From NCBI GenBank assembly GCA_045599545.1, contig JAZRWG010000015.1, positions 335 to 64,334 on the forward strand: DNA of 64,000 nucleotides, in the 5' to 3' direction. Source of the DNA: Paludibacteraceae bacterium (GTDB lineage: Bacteria; Bacteroidota; Bacteroidia; Bacteroidales; Paludibacteraceae). A program made the translations under genes and the position numbers. This document shows positions 32,403-41,293 of the stretch, piece after piece. Below the pieces are notes generated by a model that saw nothing but the letters and a program-made list of their open reading frames with translations, searched no databases and was not told the DNA's origin. Position 1 is the stretch's first letter; the number at the start of each line of letters is the position of its first letter.

Positions 32403-34184
32403 TTATTCCTCTATTCCTAAACTCTTGCGGATGGCGGGGATGCGGGCTTCGGCAGTAGCCACCGCAGCCGCGTAGTCCTTCACCGACTTCATCTGAGCCG
32501 GGATTTCAAAGTAGAACTTAATCTTAGGCTCCGTACCCGAAGGACGAACACTCACCTTCAATCCTCCCTCGGTGAAGTATTGCAGCACATTCGATTTGGC
32601 CTCCAATGCCATATGAATATCCTTCTCTACCCACTGACCGTTCACGAGTTCGCGCTCCTTACTCAACTGGAAGTCCTTCGTCTTAATCACTTTCTCGCCG
32701 GCAATCTCCGTTACAGGGTTCTCGCGGTAGTTAATCATCATCTGTTTGATCTCTTCCGCTCCCGCTTTACCCGGACGAACGATATTGATTGTAGCCTCAC
32801 GTTGGAAACCATATTCCATGTAGATATTCATCAGATACTCATACAGCGACAGACCTTGGTCCTTGGCATAAGCGGCAATCTCGCAGATAAGGCAGATAGC
32901 CGAAGGCGAACACTTATCGCGCACAGCATCAAACGCCATGAAACCAAAGCTCTCTTCACCACCACCTATATATTTACGCGTGCCCTCCCACATGCGAACG
33001 CGGTTGGCAATCCACTTGAAGCCCGTATATTCGTCGGTCAGTTCAACACCCTGCTTATCGGCAATCTTACGAATGAGTTCACTCGTCACGATGGTCTTCA
33101 CCAGATACATGTCGGGCGTGAGTTTATTCAAGCGTTTCATATTATTGATGATGTAATAGCAGAACATCATGCAGGTCTGGTTACCGTTGATAATCACCCA
33201 CTCGCCCTTATCGTTGCGGCAAACGATGGCCAAACGGTCCGCATCGGGGTCGGACGCAATAACGAGATCGGCGTTCAGTTTGGTACCGAGGTTCATACCC
33301 ATCGTCATGGCCTCTGCGTTCTCAGGATTAGGACTGACTACCGTCGGGAAATTGCCGTCAATCACCATCTGCTCGGGAACGACATGGATATTCTGGAACC
33401 CCCAACTACGCAGACACATAGGGATTATCTGACGACCCGTGCCGTGAAGAGGCGTATAAACGATATTGAGGTCTTTTTGGTTGAGGATAGACTGCTGGTC
33501 AATCATCACGGACTTAACCGCCATCATATAATCGTAGTCAATCTCACCACCGATGAGAGAGATCAGTTCCTTATTGCCCGTCCATTGAACGTCCTCCATC
33601 TTGACTTTATTGACTTCGTCAATGATGCCTTGGTCATGGGGTTGCAGCACTTGCGAACCATCCTCCCAATAAGCCTTATAACCGTTGTACTCCTTGGGGT
33701 TATGCGAAGCCGTTACGTTCACACCGCCTTGGCAGTGCAGATGACGGATAGCAAAACTGACCTCGGGCGTAGGACGGAGCGATTCAAACAGATACACTTG
33801 AATGCCGTTGGCAGAGAACACATCCGCTACCGTTTCGGCAAACAGGCGACCGTTATTACGGCAGTCGTGGCAAACCACGACGCTGGGGCGTTTGCCCTTT
33901 TCGAGGGTTGCAAAACCGCCGTTCTTGGCCACGAGATTGATGTAGTTGGCGTAGCCTTGGGTAGCTTGGGCCACGATGTACTTGTTCATGCGGTTGCAAC
34001 CGGGTCCCATTAGACCGCGCAGACCGCCCGTACCGAATTCGAGGGTGCGATAGAAGCTGTCAATGAGGAGCGATTTGTCCTCGGCTTGCATCATGTTACG
34101 TACTTGTTGTTTGGTTTCTTCATCATAATTGCCGTCGAGCCACTCTTGGGCGCGAGCCAGCACTTGCTTTAGTTCGTTTTCCAT
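32403..34184 (-). CDS. phosphoglucomutase/phosphomannomutase-family phospho-sugar mutase
   Basis: Active-site TASHNPKEYNGYK and the four-domain length. The ATG at 34184 is chosen because it lies 1 nt after the hflX stop. Confidence 0.88.
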   Translation of the reverse strand: MENELKQVLARAQEWLDGNYDEETKQQVRNMMQAEDKSLLIDSFYRTLEFGTGGLRGLMGPGCNRMNKYIVAQATQGYANYINLVAKNGGFATLEKGKRPSVVVCHDCRNNGRLFAETVADVFSANGIQVYLFESLRPTPEVSFAIRHLHCQGGVNVTASHNPKEYNGYKAYWEDGSQVLQPHDQGIIDEVNKVKMEDVQWTGNKELISLIGGEIDYDYMMAVKSVMIDQQSILNQKDLNIVYTPLHGTGRQIIPMCLRSWGFQNIHVVPEQMVIDGNFPTVVSPNPENAEAMTMGMNLGTKLNADLVIASDPDADRLAIVCRNDKGEWVIINGNQTCMMFCYYIINNMKRLNKLTPDMYLVKTIVTSELIRKIADKQGVELTDEYTGFKWIANRVRMWEGTRKYIGGGEESFGFMAFDAVRDKCSPSAICLICEIAAYAKDQGLSLYEYLMNIYMEYGFQREATINIVRPGKAGAEEIKQMMINYRENPVTEIAGEKVIKTKDFQLSKERELVNGQWVEKDIHMALEAKSNVLQYFTEGGLKVSVRPSGTEPKIKFYFEIPAQMKSVKDYAAAVATAEARIPAIRKSLGIEE

Positions 34185-34185
34185 A

Positions 34186-35457
34186 TTATTCGTATTTTTG
34201 AAATAAAAAGTCATTATAGGGATAGCGTTGTATATGAATAGCCTTGATGCGGTCGTACATCAGTGCTTTGAGGGCATCGATATTCTCCTTGTTCTTGGCG
34301 GAAATAAAAATACAATCCTTATCCAGTTTACCCATCCACGTCTTCTTGAGGTCATTGAGCGATAAGTTCTCCCGCAGCACGGGCGTGAGGTCATCCTCGT
34401 CCTTCTTGATATAGGTAAAGGCATCCGTCTTATTAAAGACCACAATGGTGGGAAGATCGCCTACGCCTAACTCGGCTACTGTTTGCTGCACCACCTTATA
34501 TTGCTCCTCAAAATTAGGATGGGATATATCCACTACATGAATCAGCAAATCCGCTTCACGTACCTCATCAAGCGTGGACTTGAACGATTCCACAAGGTTA
34601 TGGGGCAGTTTGCGAATGAACCCAACCGTGTCGGAAAGCAGAAAAGGCAGGTTCTCAATAGTCACCTTTCTGACCGTAGTGTCGAGCGTAGCAAAGAGTT
34701 TATTCTCGGCAAAGACGTTCGACTTGGAGATAAGGTTCATGAGCGTCGATTTACCCACATTGGTATATCCCACAAGGGCTACACGCACCATCTTCCCACG
34801 GTTTTGCCGTTGGGTGGTCATCTGCTTATCTATCTTCTTGAGGTCCTCGCGAAGCAAAGCTATGCGATTACCGATGATTCGTTTATCCGCCTCTATCTGC
34901 GTTTCACCCGTACCGCGGTTGGTTCCGCCGCCGCGCTGACGGTCCAAGTGCGACCACATACGCGTCAAGCGCGGGAGCATATACTGAAGGTGCGCCATCT
35001 CCACCTGCGTCTTGGCATAGGACGTCTGGGCACGCTGTAGGAAGATCTCCAAAATGAGGATTGTGCGATCCATGACACGAACTTCTCGCCGATCCTTTGG
35101 ATTATCGCGCCAATTGAGGTCTCGCTCTATATTACGTATCTGACGAGGCGAGAGTTCGTCATCAAAGATGACTACGTCTATGGGGCTGAGAGGCTGAGAG
35201 GCTGAGAGGCCGAGAGGCGACTGGTTACAAGCGATAGGCGACTGGTGGTCAATGATGTATTGACGAATCTCTTGCAGTTTGCCCGTACCCACATAGGTAT
35301 TGGTGTCGGGTTGGAGCACGCGCTGCTTGAAACGCTTGACGGGCACGATATGATTCGTATCCGCCAAGAAGGCGAGTTCATCTAAGTACTCGTCCGTTCG
35401 CTCCTCCGGCTGTGCCGGTGTGATGAGCCCCACTAATATGGCATTATATGTTTCCAT
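34186..35457 (-). CDS. hflX: GTPase HflX
   Basis: G1 GYTNVGKST, G3 DTVGF and G4 NKTD, plus an HflX-type N-domain. It contains the repeat-derived SPLGLSASQPLSP. Confidence 0.9.
   Translation of the reverse strand: METYNAILVGLITPAQPEERTDEYLDELAFLADTNHIVPVKRFKQRVLQPDTNTYVGTGKLQEIRQYIIDHQSPIACNQSPLGLSASQPLSPIDVVIFDDELSPRQIRNIERDLNWRDNPKDRREVRVMDRTILILEIFLQRAQTSYAKTQVEMAHLQYMLPRLTRMWSHLDRQRGGGTNRGTGETQIEADKRIIGNRIALLREDLKKIDKQMTTQRQNRGKMVRVALVGYTNVGKSTLMNLISKSNVFAENKLFATLDTTVRKVTIENLPFLLSDTVGFIRKLPHNLVESFKSTLDEVREADLLIHVVDISHPNFEEQYKVVQQTVAELGVGDLPTIVVFNKTDAFTYIKKDEDDLTPVLRENLSLNDLKKTWMGKLDKDCIFISAKNKENIDALKALMYDRIKAIHIQRYPYNDFLFQKYE
35184..35220. repeat. octamer array (GCTGAGAG) inside hflX
   Basis: It encodes SPLGLSASQPLSP. 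Confidence 0.85.
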
Positions 35458-35465
35458 TTTTTAGG

Positions 35466-35497
35466 TTGAGAGGCAGAGAGGCTGAGAGGCTGAGAGG
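35466..35497. repeat. octamer array (GCWGAGAG), intergenic
   Basis: It occupies nearly the whole 40-nt polA-hflX spacer and abuts the polA stop. Confidence 0.85.
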
Positions 35498-37870
35498 CTA
35501 ATGGGCTTCGAGCCAGTTAGTACCCACGCCCACTTCGGCAATCAGGGGCACGGACAGGTGCACCACATTCTGCATCTCAGTGGTCACTATGTGTTTGACT
35601 TGTTCTATCTCGTCGGCGGGCACGTTGAAGTTTAACTCATCGTGTACCTGCATAATCATTTGGGCATGCAAGTTGAGCCGCTTAAACTCTTTGGCAATGC
35701 TGACCATCGCCATCTTGATAATATCCGCTGCCGTTCCTTGAATGGGCGCGTTGACGCTGTTACGTTCGGCGAACGAACGCACCACCGAGTTATGACTGTT
35801 GATATCGGGCAGGTAACGCTTGCGCCCGAACAACGTCTCCACATATCCTTGTTCACGGGCCTTCTGCTTCTGCGCCTCAATGAAAGCAATAATCTGCGGG
35901 AAAGCGGCGAAGTAGTCATCTATAAGTTGTTTGGCCTCGCTCCGGGGGCATTGCAGTTGTTGTGCCAGCCCAAAGGCGGAGATTCCGTAGATGATTCCGA
36001 AATTAGCGGTTTTGGCACGACGGCGCTGTTCCTTACTCACCTCTTCGATGGGTACTTTGAATATCTTGGCGGCCGTAGCGGCGTGAATATCCTGTCCCTT
36101 GCGGAAGGCTTCAATCAGATGCTCATCCTGCGAGAGATGGGCCATGAGCCTCAGTTCTATCTGCGAATAATCGGCAGAGAGGAAGACGCATCCCTCATCG
36201 GGTATGACAGCCCTACGAATGAGTTGTCCCCGTTCGGAGCGGATGGGCAGGTTCTGTAGGTTCGGGTTCGAGGACGATAGTCGTCCCGTAGCCGTAACCG
36301 TTTGATTATAGGTCGTATGAATCTTGCCCGTCTTAGGGTTGATATACCCCGGAAGAGAGGTAATGTAAGTCGAAATCAGTTTCTTGAGTTCGCGGTAATC
36401 TAATATCTTATCCACCACCTCATGCCGTTCGCGGATACCCATGAGCACCTCCTCCGAAGTGGAGTACGCCCCCGTCTTGGAGCGTTTGGCTTTAGGGTCA
36501 AGTTGGAGGTGATCAAAGAGCACCTCACCCACCTGCTTGGGGGAGTTGATATTAAAGGTCATGCCAGCTAAATCATAAATCTCTTGCTCTATGGTCTGAG
36601 CCTCGGCACTGAGTTGTTTTTCGGCTTCATGCAGGATGGAGATATCAAATCTCACCCCCGCTGCTTCCATCTCGCGCAGCACCTCAACCAAGGGCAGTTC
36701 CACCTCGTTGTATAGGTTCCATAACGCGCTATCCGCTTTGAGTGCCTCCCAATTAGGTTTGACTGCCGGATTATAACTCGCTTCGGGGTTGAGGAGGTAG
36801 GAGCATAGACGAGACTTTGTCTCGTCGATCGCTGCGCTGAAAGACCGCTGCGCTGAAAGACCGCTCACTTCGTTCGCTGAAGGATCGGCTTCGCCTGAAG
36901 GACTATTATCGGCGAAGAGGTCGAGGGTGGCCTCCGACTTCGTCTTTTTTCTAGAAGAACTAGGGTTACTAGGAGAACTAGGGTCACTAGGATTACTAGG
37001 AGAATTAGGGGCATTTTTAAGTAAAGATTGGAACTCGAGGTCTTCGTAGATGGGCATCAGTTGACTCCAGTCTTTTTCTTTAAACTTTAAACTTTCCACT
37101 TTAAACTCTTCATGTAACGGCACGTCCGTCTTGATGGTTGCCAAGAAACGCGAGAAACGAATAGCTTCGGCTTGCGATTCCACTCTTTCTTTCAGAGCTC
37201 CCTTCAACTCATCCGTGTGCGCGAGCAGGTTATCAATACTTCCGAACTGATTGAGCAACGCCGTAGCGGTTTTTTCTCCTACCCCTTTACATCCGGGGAT
37301 ATTATCGGACGCGTCGCCCATCAGACCTAAGAAATCTATCACCTGTTGGGTGTTATGCAAACCGTATTTGGCGCACACCTCTGCCGGTCCCATCTGTTCA
37401 AAGCCTCCCGTATGCCGTGGGCGATAGATATGGATATTATTCGTCACCAATTGTCCGTAATCCTTATCGGGCGTGGCCATAAAAACCTCATATCCTTCCC
37501 GTTCCGCAATACCCGCTACGGTACCGATGACATCGTCCGCCTCGTATCCAGGAACAATCAAGGCCGGTATATTCATAGCCTTCAAAATATTCTCAATAAC
37601 GGGAACTGCCATTCGTATATCCTCGGGTGTCTCTTCCCGCTGCGCCTTATAGGCGGCATAAGCCTCGTGACGGAAGGTAGGACCATGAGGATCAAAACCC
37701 ACCGCGATATGAGTGGGTTTAAGACGCTTGATGAGGTCCTCCAAGGTAGTGACAAAACCATAAATAGCGGACGTGTTCACGCCCTTCGAATTCATGCGAG
37801 GGACACGAATAAAAGCGTAATAAGCGCGATAGATCATCGCATAAGCGTCTATGAGGAGCAGTCGTTTCAC
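35498..37870 (-). CDS. polA: DNA polymerase I, short form without a recognisable 3'-5' exonuclease domain
   Basis: 5' nuclease domain (res 1 to about 285), then about 100 low-complexity/repeat-derived residues, then the polymerase domain (LYNEVELPLVEVLREME, DYSQIELR, QVHDEL). 790 aa in total. Confidence 0.9.
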   Translation of the reverse strand: MKRLLLIDAYAMIYRAYYAFIRVPRMNSKGVNTSAIYGFVTTLEDLIKRLKPTHIAVGFDPHGPTFRHEAYAAYKAQREETPEDIRMAVPVIENILKAMNIPALIVPGYEADDVIGTVAGIAEREGYEVFMATPDKDYGQLVTNNIHIYRPRHTGGFEQMGPAEVCAKYGLHNTQQVIDFLGLMGDASDNIPGCKGVGEKTATALLNQFGSIDNLLAHTDELKGALKERVESQAEAIRFSRFLATIKTDVPLHEEFKVESLKFKEKDWSQLMPIYEDLEFQSLLKNAPNSPSNPSDPSSPSNPSSSRKKTKSEATLDLFADNSPSGEADPSANEVSGLSAQRSFSAAIDETKSRLCSYLLNPEASYNPAVKPNWEALKADSALWNLYNEVELPLVEVLREMEAAGVRFDISILHEAEKQLSAEAQTIEQEIYDLAGMTFNINSPKQVGEVLFDHLQLDPKAKRSKTGAYSTSEEVLMGIRERHEVVDKILDYRELKKLISTYITSLPGYINPKTGKIHTTYNQTVTATGRLSSSNPNLQNLPIRSERGQLIRRAVIPDEGCVFLSADYSQIELRLMAHLSQDEHLIEAFRKGQDIHAATAAKIFKVPIEEVSKEQRRRAKTANFGIIYGISAFGLAQQLQCPRSEAKQLIDDYFAAFPQIIAFIEAQKQKAREQGYVETLFGRKRYLPDINSHNSVVRSFAERNSVNAPIQGTAADIIKMAMVSIAKEFKRLNLHAQMIMQVHDELNFNVPADEIEQVKHIVTTEMQNVVHLSVPLIAEVGVGTNWLEAH
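36831..36905. repeat. 16-mer duplication GCTGCGCTGAAAGACC x2 plus degenerate copies, inside polA
   Basis: Exact copies at 36831-36846 and 36847-36862. It encodes GLSAQRSFSAA. Confidence 0.8.
36953..37011. repeat. nonamer array (NNNACTAGG x6) inside polA
   Basis: It encodes PSNPSDPSSPSNPSS (3-aa period). Confidence 0.9.
37077..37108. repeat. heptamer array (AAACTTT) inside polA
   Basis: It encodes EEFKVESLKFKEK. Confidence 0.85.
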
Positions 37871-37874
37871 TTTT

Positions 37875-37934
37875 AGTTGAAAGTTTAAAGTTGAAAGTTG
37901 AAAGAAGTCGTTTAGTTTTGTAAGTTTAAAGTAG
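37875..37934. repeat. heptamer array (AAAGTTG / AAAGTTT) in the polA-ybeY spacer, reaching into the ybeY 3' end
   Basis: agttgaaagtttaaagttgaaagttgaaag, then degenerate copies encoding STLNLQN. Confidence 0.8.
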
Positions 37935-38343
37935 ATAGAGCCATATTTTCTTTGCGGGTCATTTCGGCTTTGGTTTCGGGGGTTTTATCCCCTTGACCCG
38001 TGAGGTGCAGCAGGCCGTGAACGAGGATACGGGTCAGTTCTTGGTCGAACGTTACTCCCACCTCGGCGGCATTGCTGTTCACCGTATCCAGCGAGATATA
38101 AATATCCCCACTCACCCGCGAGGGGGTAGTGTAATCAAACGTAATGACGTCCGTATAATAGTCATGCCCCAAGAACTGCCGATTAACTTCCAGTATCTTC
38201 TCGTCATCGCAAAGGATATAAGTAAGATCCCCCACCCGATAACCGTACCCTGCCGCCACTTTCCTCAACCAAGCCTCCAACACCACGTGACGCTCCTGCA
38301 CCATCGCCGGCATCGCTACCCTATCCGTTACAAACTGTATCAT
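37912..38343 (-). CDS. ybeY: rRNA maturation RNase YbeY
   Basis: HGLLHLTGQGD metal-site motif. The start is moved to the ATG at 38343 (MIQFVTD..., ATGA overlap with the upstream stop). Confidence 0.85.
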   Translation of the reverse strand: MIQFVTDRVAMPAMVQERHVVLEAWLRKVAAGYGYRVGDLTYILCDDEKILEVNRQFLGHDYYTDVITFDYTTPSRVSGDIYISLDTVNSNAAEVGVTFDQELTRILVHGLLHLTGQGDKTPETKAEMTRKENMALSTLNLQN

Positions 38344-39572
38344 CCGAAAAACAGATTGGCAATGATAAACGCCGCGATAATGCCCACCACATCCGAAATC
38401 AGGCAGCACGTTACCGCATAGCGGGTGTTCTTTATCCCTATACTTCCAAAGTACACGGCTAACACATAGAACGTGGTATCCGTGCACCCTTGCAGCGTGC
38501 AGCATAATCGTCCCACCAATGAGTCTGCCCCATAGGTAGTCATGGCTTCAATCATTAGGCCGCGTGCCCCGCCGCCACTAAGCGGCTTCATCAAGGCGGT
38601 GGGAACCGCACCCGCTAAATCAGGGTTAATGCCGACCCACGCAAAGAGGTGGGCAATCCCCGTTTCCAACAGCCCCATCGCTCCGCTGGCACGGAACATG
38701 CCTACTGCCACGAGGATGGCAATGAGATAGGGAATGATTCCTATCGCTGTCTTAAAGCCATCCTTTGCCCCGTCAATAAAGGCATCGTATACGTTCACCT
38801 TTTTAATCGTAGCCTGAATCACAAACCAAGCAATCACACCCAACAGCACCACGGCGGCAATCAAAGATGACACTTGCGTTAAACGCTCCTGCGGAAGACG
38901 CGTTGCCAACACCAATAGCAGCACCACCAGTGCCGTCAGACCGGTAATAACGCCTAACACCACCTTGTCCCATAAGCGTATATGCTGCGCAATGCACGTG
39001 GCGATTAACCCCGCGAGCGAAGAGAAATAGGTAGCTATCAGAATAGGCAGGAACACATCCGCCGGATTGGCAGCTCCCAACTGGGCTCGATAGGCCATGA
39101 TGGTGGTCGGGATGAGCGTCAGACCACTGGCACCGAGCACCACGAACATAATCATGGCATTTGAGGCCTTGGACTTATCGTCATTGAGTTCCTGCAACTC
39201 CCCCATGGCCTTAAGCCCCATCGGCGTGGCGGCATTATCGAGGCCGAGCATATTCGCCGCGATGTTCATGAACATCGTCCCGAAAACGGGATGATCCTTC
39301 GGCAGCGAGGGGAAGATACGGGAGAAGAAGGGACTCACTCCGCGCGAGAGGGAACGGACCACTCCGCCGCGCTGACCGATGTTAAGAATACCCATCCACA
39401 AGGCCAACACCCCTGTCAATCCAATCGAGATCTCAAACCCCGTTTTGGCATCGGCAAAAGTAGCATTGAGGATATCCGAAAAAACTTCGGCCTGACCGAA
39501 GCCAAAAAAGGCTATGCACCCCACAAAAAGGGACAAAAGCACCAGTGCTATCCAAATATAATTTAAAATCAC
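38340..39572 (-). CDS. nucleoside-recognition (Gate) domain membrane protein, SpmA/SpmB-like fusion
   Basis: Polytopic, with an N-terminal (V)ILNYIW typical of SpmA-like proteins. The track ATG at 39599 lies inside the promoter -7 box, so the GTG at 39572 is preferred. Confidence 0.7.
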   Translation of the reverse strand: MILNYIWIALVLLSLFVGCIAFFGFGQAEVFSDILNATFADAKTGFEISIGLTGVLALWMGILNIGQRGGVVRSLSRGVSPFFSRIFPSLPKDHPVFGTMFMNIAANMLGLDNAATPMGLKAMGELQELNDDKSKASNAMIMFVVLGASGLTLIPTTIMAYRAQLGAANPADVFLPILIATYFSSLAGLIATCIAQHIRLWDKVVLGVITGLTALVVLLLVLATRLPQERLTQVSSLIAAVVLLGVIAWFVIQATIKKVNVYDAFIDGAKDGFKTAIGIIPYLIAILVAVGMFRASGAMGLLETGIAHLFAWVGINPDLAGAVPTALMKPLSGGGARGLMIEAMTTYGADSLVGRLCCTLQGCTDTTFYVLAVYFGSIGIKNTRYAVTCCLISDVVGIIAAFIIANLFFG

Positions 39573-39576
39573 GCAG

Positions 39577-39624
39577 CAAAGATACAAAAAAATTTGCAAA
39601 TATGCAAAAAAAAGTGTAATTTTG
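39577..39624. promoter_or_regulatory. overlapping divergent Bacteroides-type promoters
   Basis: The minus-strand TATCTTTG at 39577-39584 lies 4 nt from the GTG at 39572. The plus-strand TTTG...TAATTTTG ends at 39617-39624, 9 nt from the ATG at 39634. Confidence 0.6.
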
Positions 39625-39633
39625 TCGCCGAAA

Positions 39634-40440
39634 ATGATAAGTTTGACCTTTTATAGAGCATTATCTTACCTCAAACACCGCATTTCGGCATGGAATACAG
39701 GCGGTGAAGGCATCCATTCGCCTTCTCTTTTTTACCTCGTTCGATTCCTCTTCCCGCAGCAGCATGCTTACTACGTGTGGGAGGAGATAGAAGACCGACG
39801 AGAGGCTATGTTGCATGCCCCAAAACCGATTGTCATTACCGATTACGGCACGGGGACGGATAGTGTACTGCAAATAAGGAAGATTGCGCGTAAGCACTTG
39901 GAGAGTCGGACCGCGGGGGAGTTGTTCTTTAAACTTATTGTTCACCTAAGGCACCAATTGCAGCGTCCCCTCAATATTGTGGAATTAGGAACCTCCTTGG
40001 GACTGACGACCGCCTATCTGGCTGCGCCCGATAAGGACAACCGAGTCACCACCTTTGAGGGCAGCGAACAGACCTTGGAGATTGCACAGATTAACTGGAA
40101 AAAGTTGGGGCTGAGCAACATTGAGGCAGTGTTGGGAAATTTGGACAACACCTTACATAATTCGCGCATATACGCGAGTAAGGACCCCGTGGATTTTCTC
40201 TTTATGGATGCCAATCACCGCGGCGAACCCACGTTGCGTTACTTTGATACCCTGTCGGGTCAGTTGCACGAAAAGTCGATTGTGGTGGTGGATGACATTC
40301 ATCATTCGCCGGATATGAACAAGGCATGGCAGGCACTCAAACAGCGGAAGCAAGTAACCTCCTCTATTGATTGTTATGCCTTTGGCATACTTTTCTTTGA
40401 TTCGCATTATTTTAAACGACATTATATTATTCGCTTATGA
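39634..40440 (+). CDS. class I SAM-dependent (O-)methyltransferase
   Basis: VELGTSLGLTTAYLA (motif I-like) and FLFMDANH. The track start TTG at 39622 overlaps the -7 box, so the ATG at 39634 is preferred. Confidence 0.7.
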   Translation: MISLTFYRALSYLKHRISAWNTGGEGIHSPSLFYLVRFLFPQQHAYYVWEEIEDRREAMLHAPKPIVITDYGTGTDSVLQIRKIARKHLESRTAGELFFKLIVHLRHQLQRPLNIVELGTSLGLTTAYLAAPDKDNRVTTFEGSEQTLEIAQINWKKLGLSNIEAVLGNLDNTLHNSRIYASKDPVDFLFMDANHRGEPTLRYFDTLSGQLHEKSIVVVDDIHHSPDMNKAWQALKQRKQVTSSIDCYAFGILFFDSHYFKRHYIIRL

Positions 40441-40967
40441 AGATTTACACCAAAACGGGAGACAAAGGACAAACGAGCCTTGCCTCGGGGCAACGCGTAG
40501 CCAAAACAGACCTTCGTTTAGAGGCGTACGGTACAGCAGATGAACTCAATAGTATCGTGGGGTGGCTTCGAGCTGCCTTGCCCGCTCAAGCGCAGCGTGA
40601 GGACGAACAATTAACTCTCATTCAGCACCGTCTCTTCGATTTGGGTGCCCGTTTGGCAGGAGCAGAATTAGCTTTTGACGAAGGGTTAATTGAGAAGGTA
40701 GAAGGTTGGATGGATGAGATGCAGGCCGCCCTTCCCGAATGCCATGAGTTTTTGCTGCCGGCAGGGAACGAACCTGTGGCACGCTGTCACATTGCCCGAA
40801 CGGTGACCCGTCGATTGGAAAGATGTATGGTACGATTGGAAAAAAGTCAAGTAAGCGAATCGGACTTGATATTCATCAATCGTTTGAGCGATTACTTTTT
40901 TCTTCTTGCCAAATCTCTTGGCGTCCTCACTTCGGCCCCTATTACCCCTTGGATAAAGGTAAAATAA
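40437..40967 (+). CDS. PduO-type ATP:cob(I)alamin adenosyltransferase
   Basis: MKIYTKTGDKGQTSL...RLEAYGTADELNS N-terminus is characteristic. 176 aa. Confidence 0.88.
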   Translation: MKIYTKTGDKGQTSLASGQRVAKTDLRLEAYGTADELNSIVGWLRAALPAQAQREDEQLTLIQHRLFDLGARLAGAELAFDEGLIEKVEGWMDEMQAALPECHEFLLPAGNEPVARCHIARTVTRRLERCMVRLEKSQVSESDLIFINRLSDYFFLLAKSLGVLTSAPITPWIKVK

Positions 40968-41018
40968 GGGGAATACAGGGTCAAAATGAGGCAAAAATAC
41001 AAAAAAATACATTTTTTT

Positions 41019-41050
41019 CTTGCATAAGTCAAAAAAAAGTAGTAATTTTG
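41019..41050 (+). promoter_or_regulatory. Bacteroides-type promoter (cTTG-20 nt-TAATTTTG) ahead of the DUF2795/por operon
   Basis: -7 box at 41043-41050. The -33 is only a partial match (CTTG at 41019-41022). Confidence 0.5.
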
Positions 41051-41070
41051 CGCGCTAATTTGGATTTATT

Positions 41071-41292
41071 ATGTATTGGACTTTGGAATTAGCGTCAAAA
41101 ATAGAGGACGCACCTTGGCCTGCAACCAAAGACGAGTTATTAGATTACGCCAATCGCATTGGTGCTCCCATGGAGGTTATTGAGAACCTGGAGGAGATAG
41201 AGGATGACGAAGAGTTATTCGAGAGTATAGAAGATCTTTGGCCGGATTATCCGACCAAAGAGGACTTTTTCTTTGACGAAGAGGAGTATTGA
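41071..41292 (+). CDS. DUF2795-like small protein with an acidic tail
   Basis: 73 aa. The APWPATKDELLDYANRIGAPMEVIENL pattern recalls DUF2795. The C-terminus is very acidic (EEIEDDEELFESIEDL...FFFDEEEY). Confidence 0.6.
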   Translation: MYWTLELASKIEDAPWPATKDELLDYANRIGAPMEVIENLEEIEDDEELFESIEDLWPDYPTKEDFFFDEEEY

Positions 41293-41293
41293 G

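Noticed and set aside
32580-34013. 477-aa ORF antisense to the phospho-sugar mutase gene.
   Set aside because: It is a shadow ORF opposite a well-supported gene with clear active-site motifs. Its composition is dominated by H/R/L/V/T, as is typical of antisense frames, and it has no motif or promoter.
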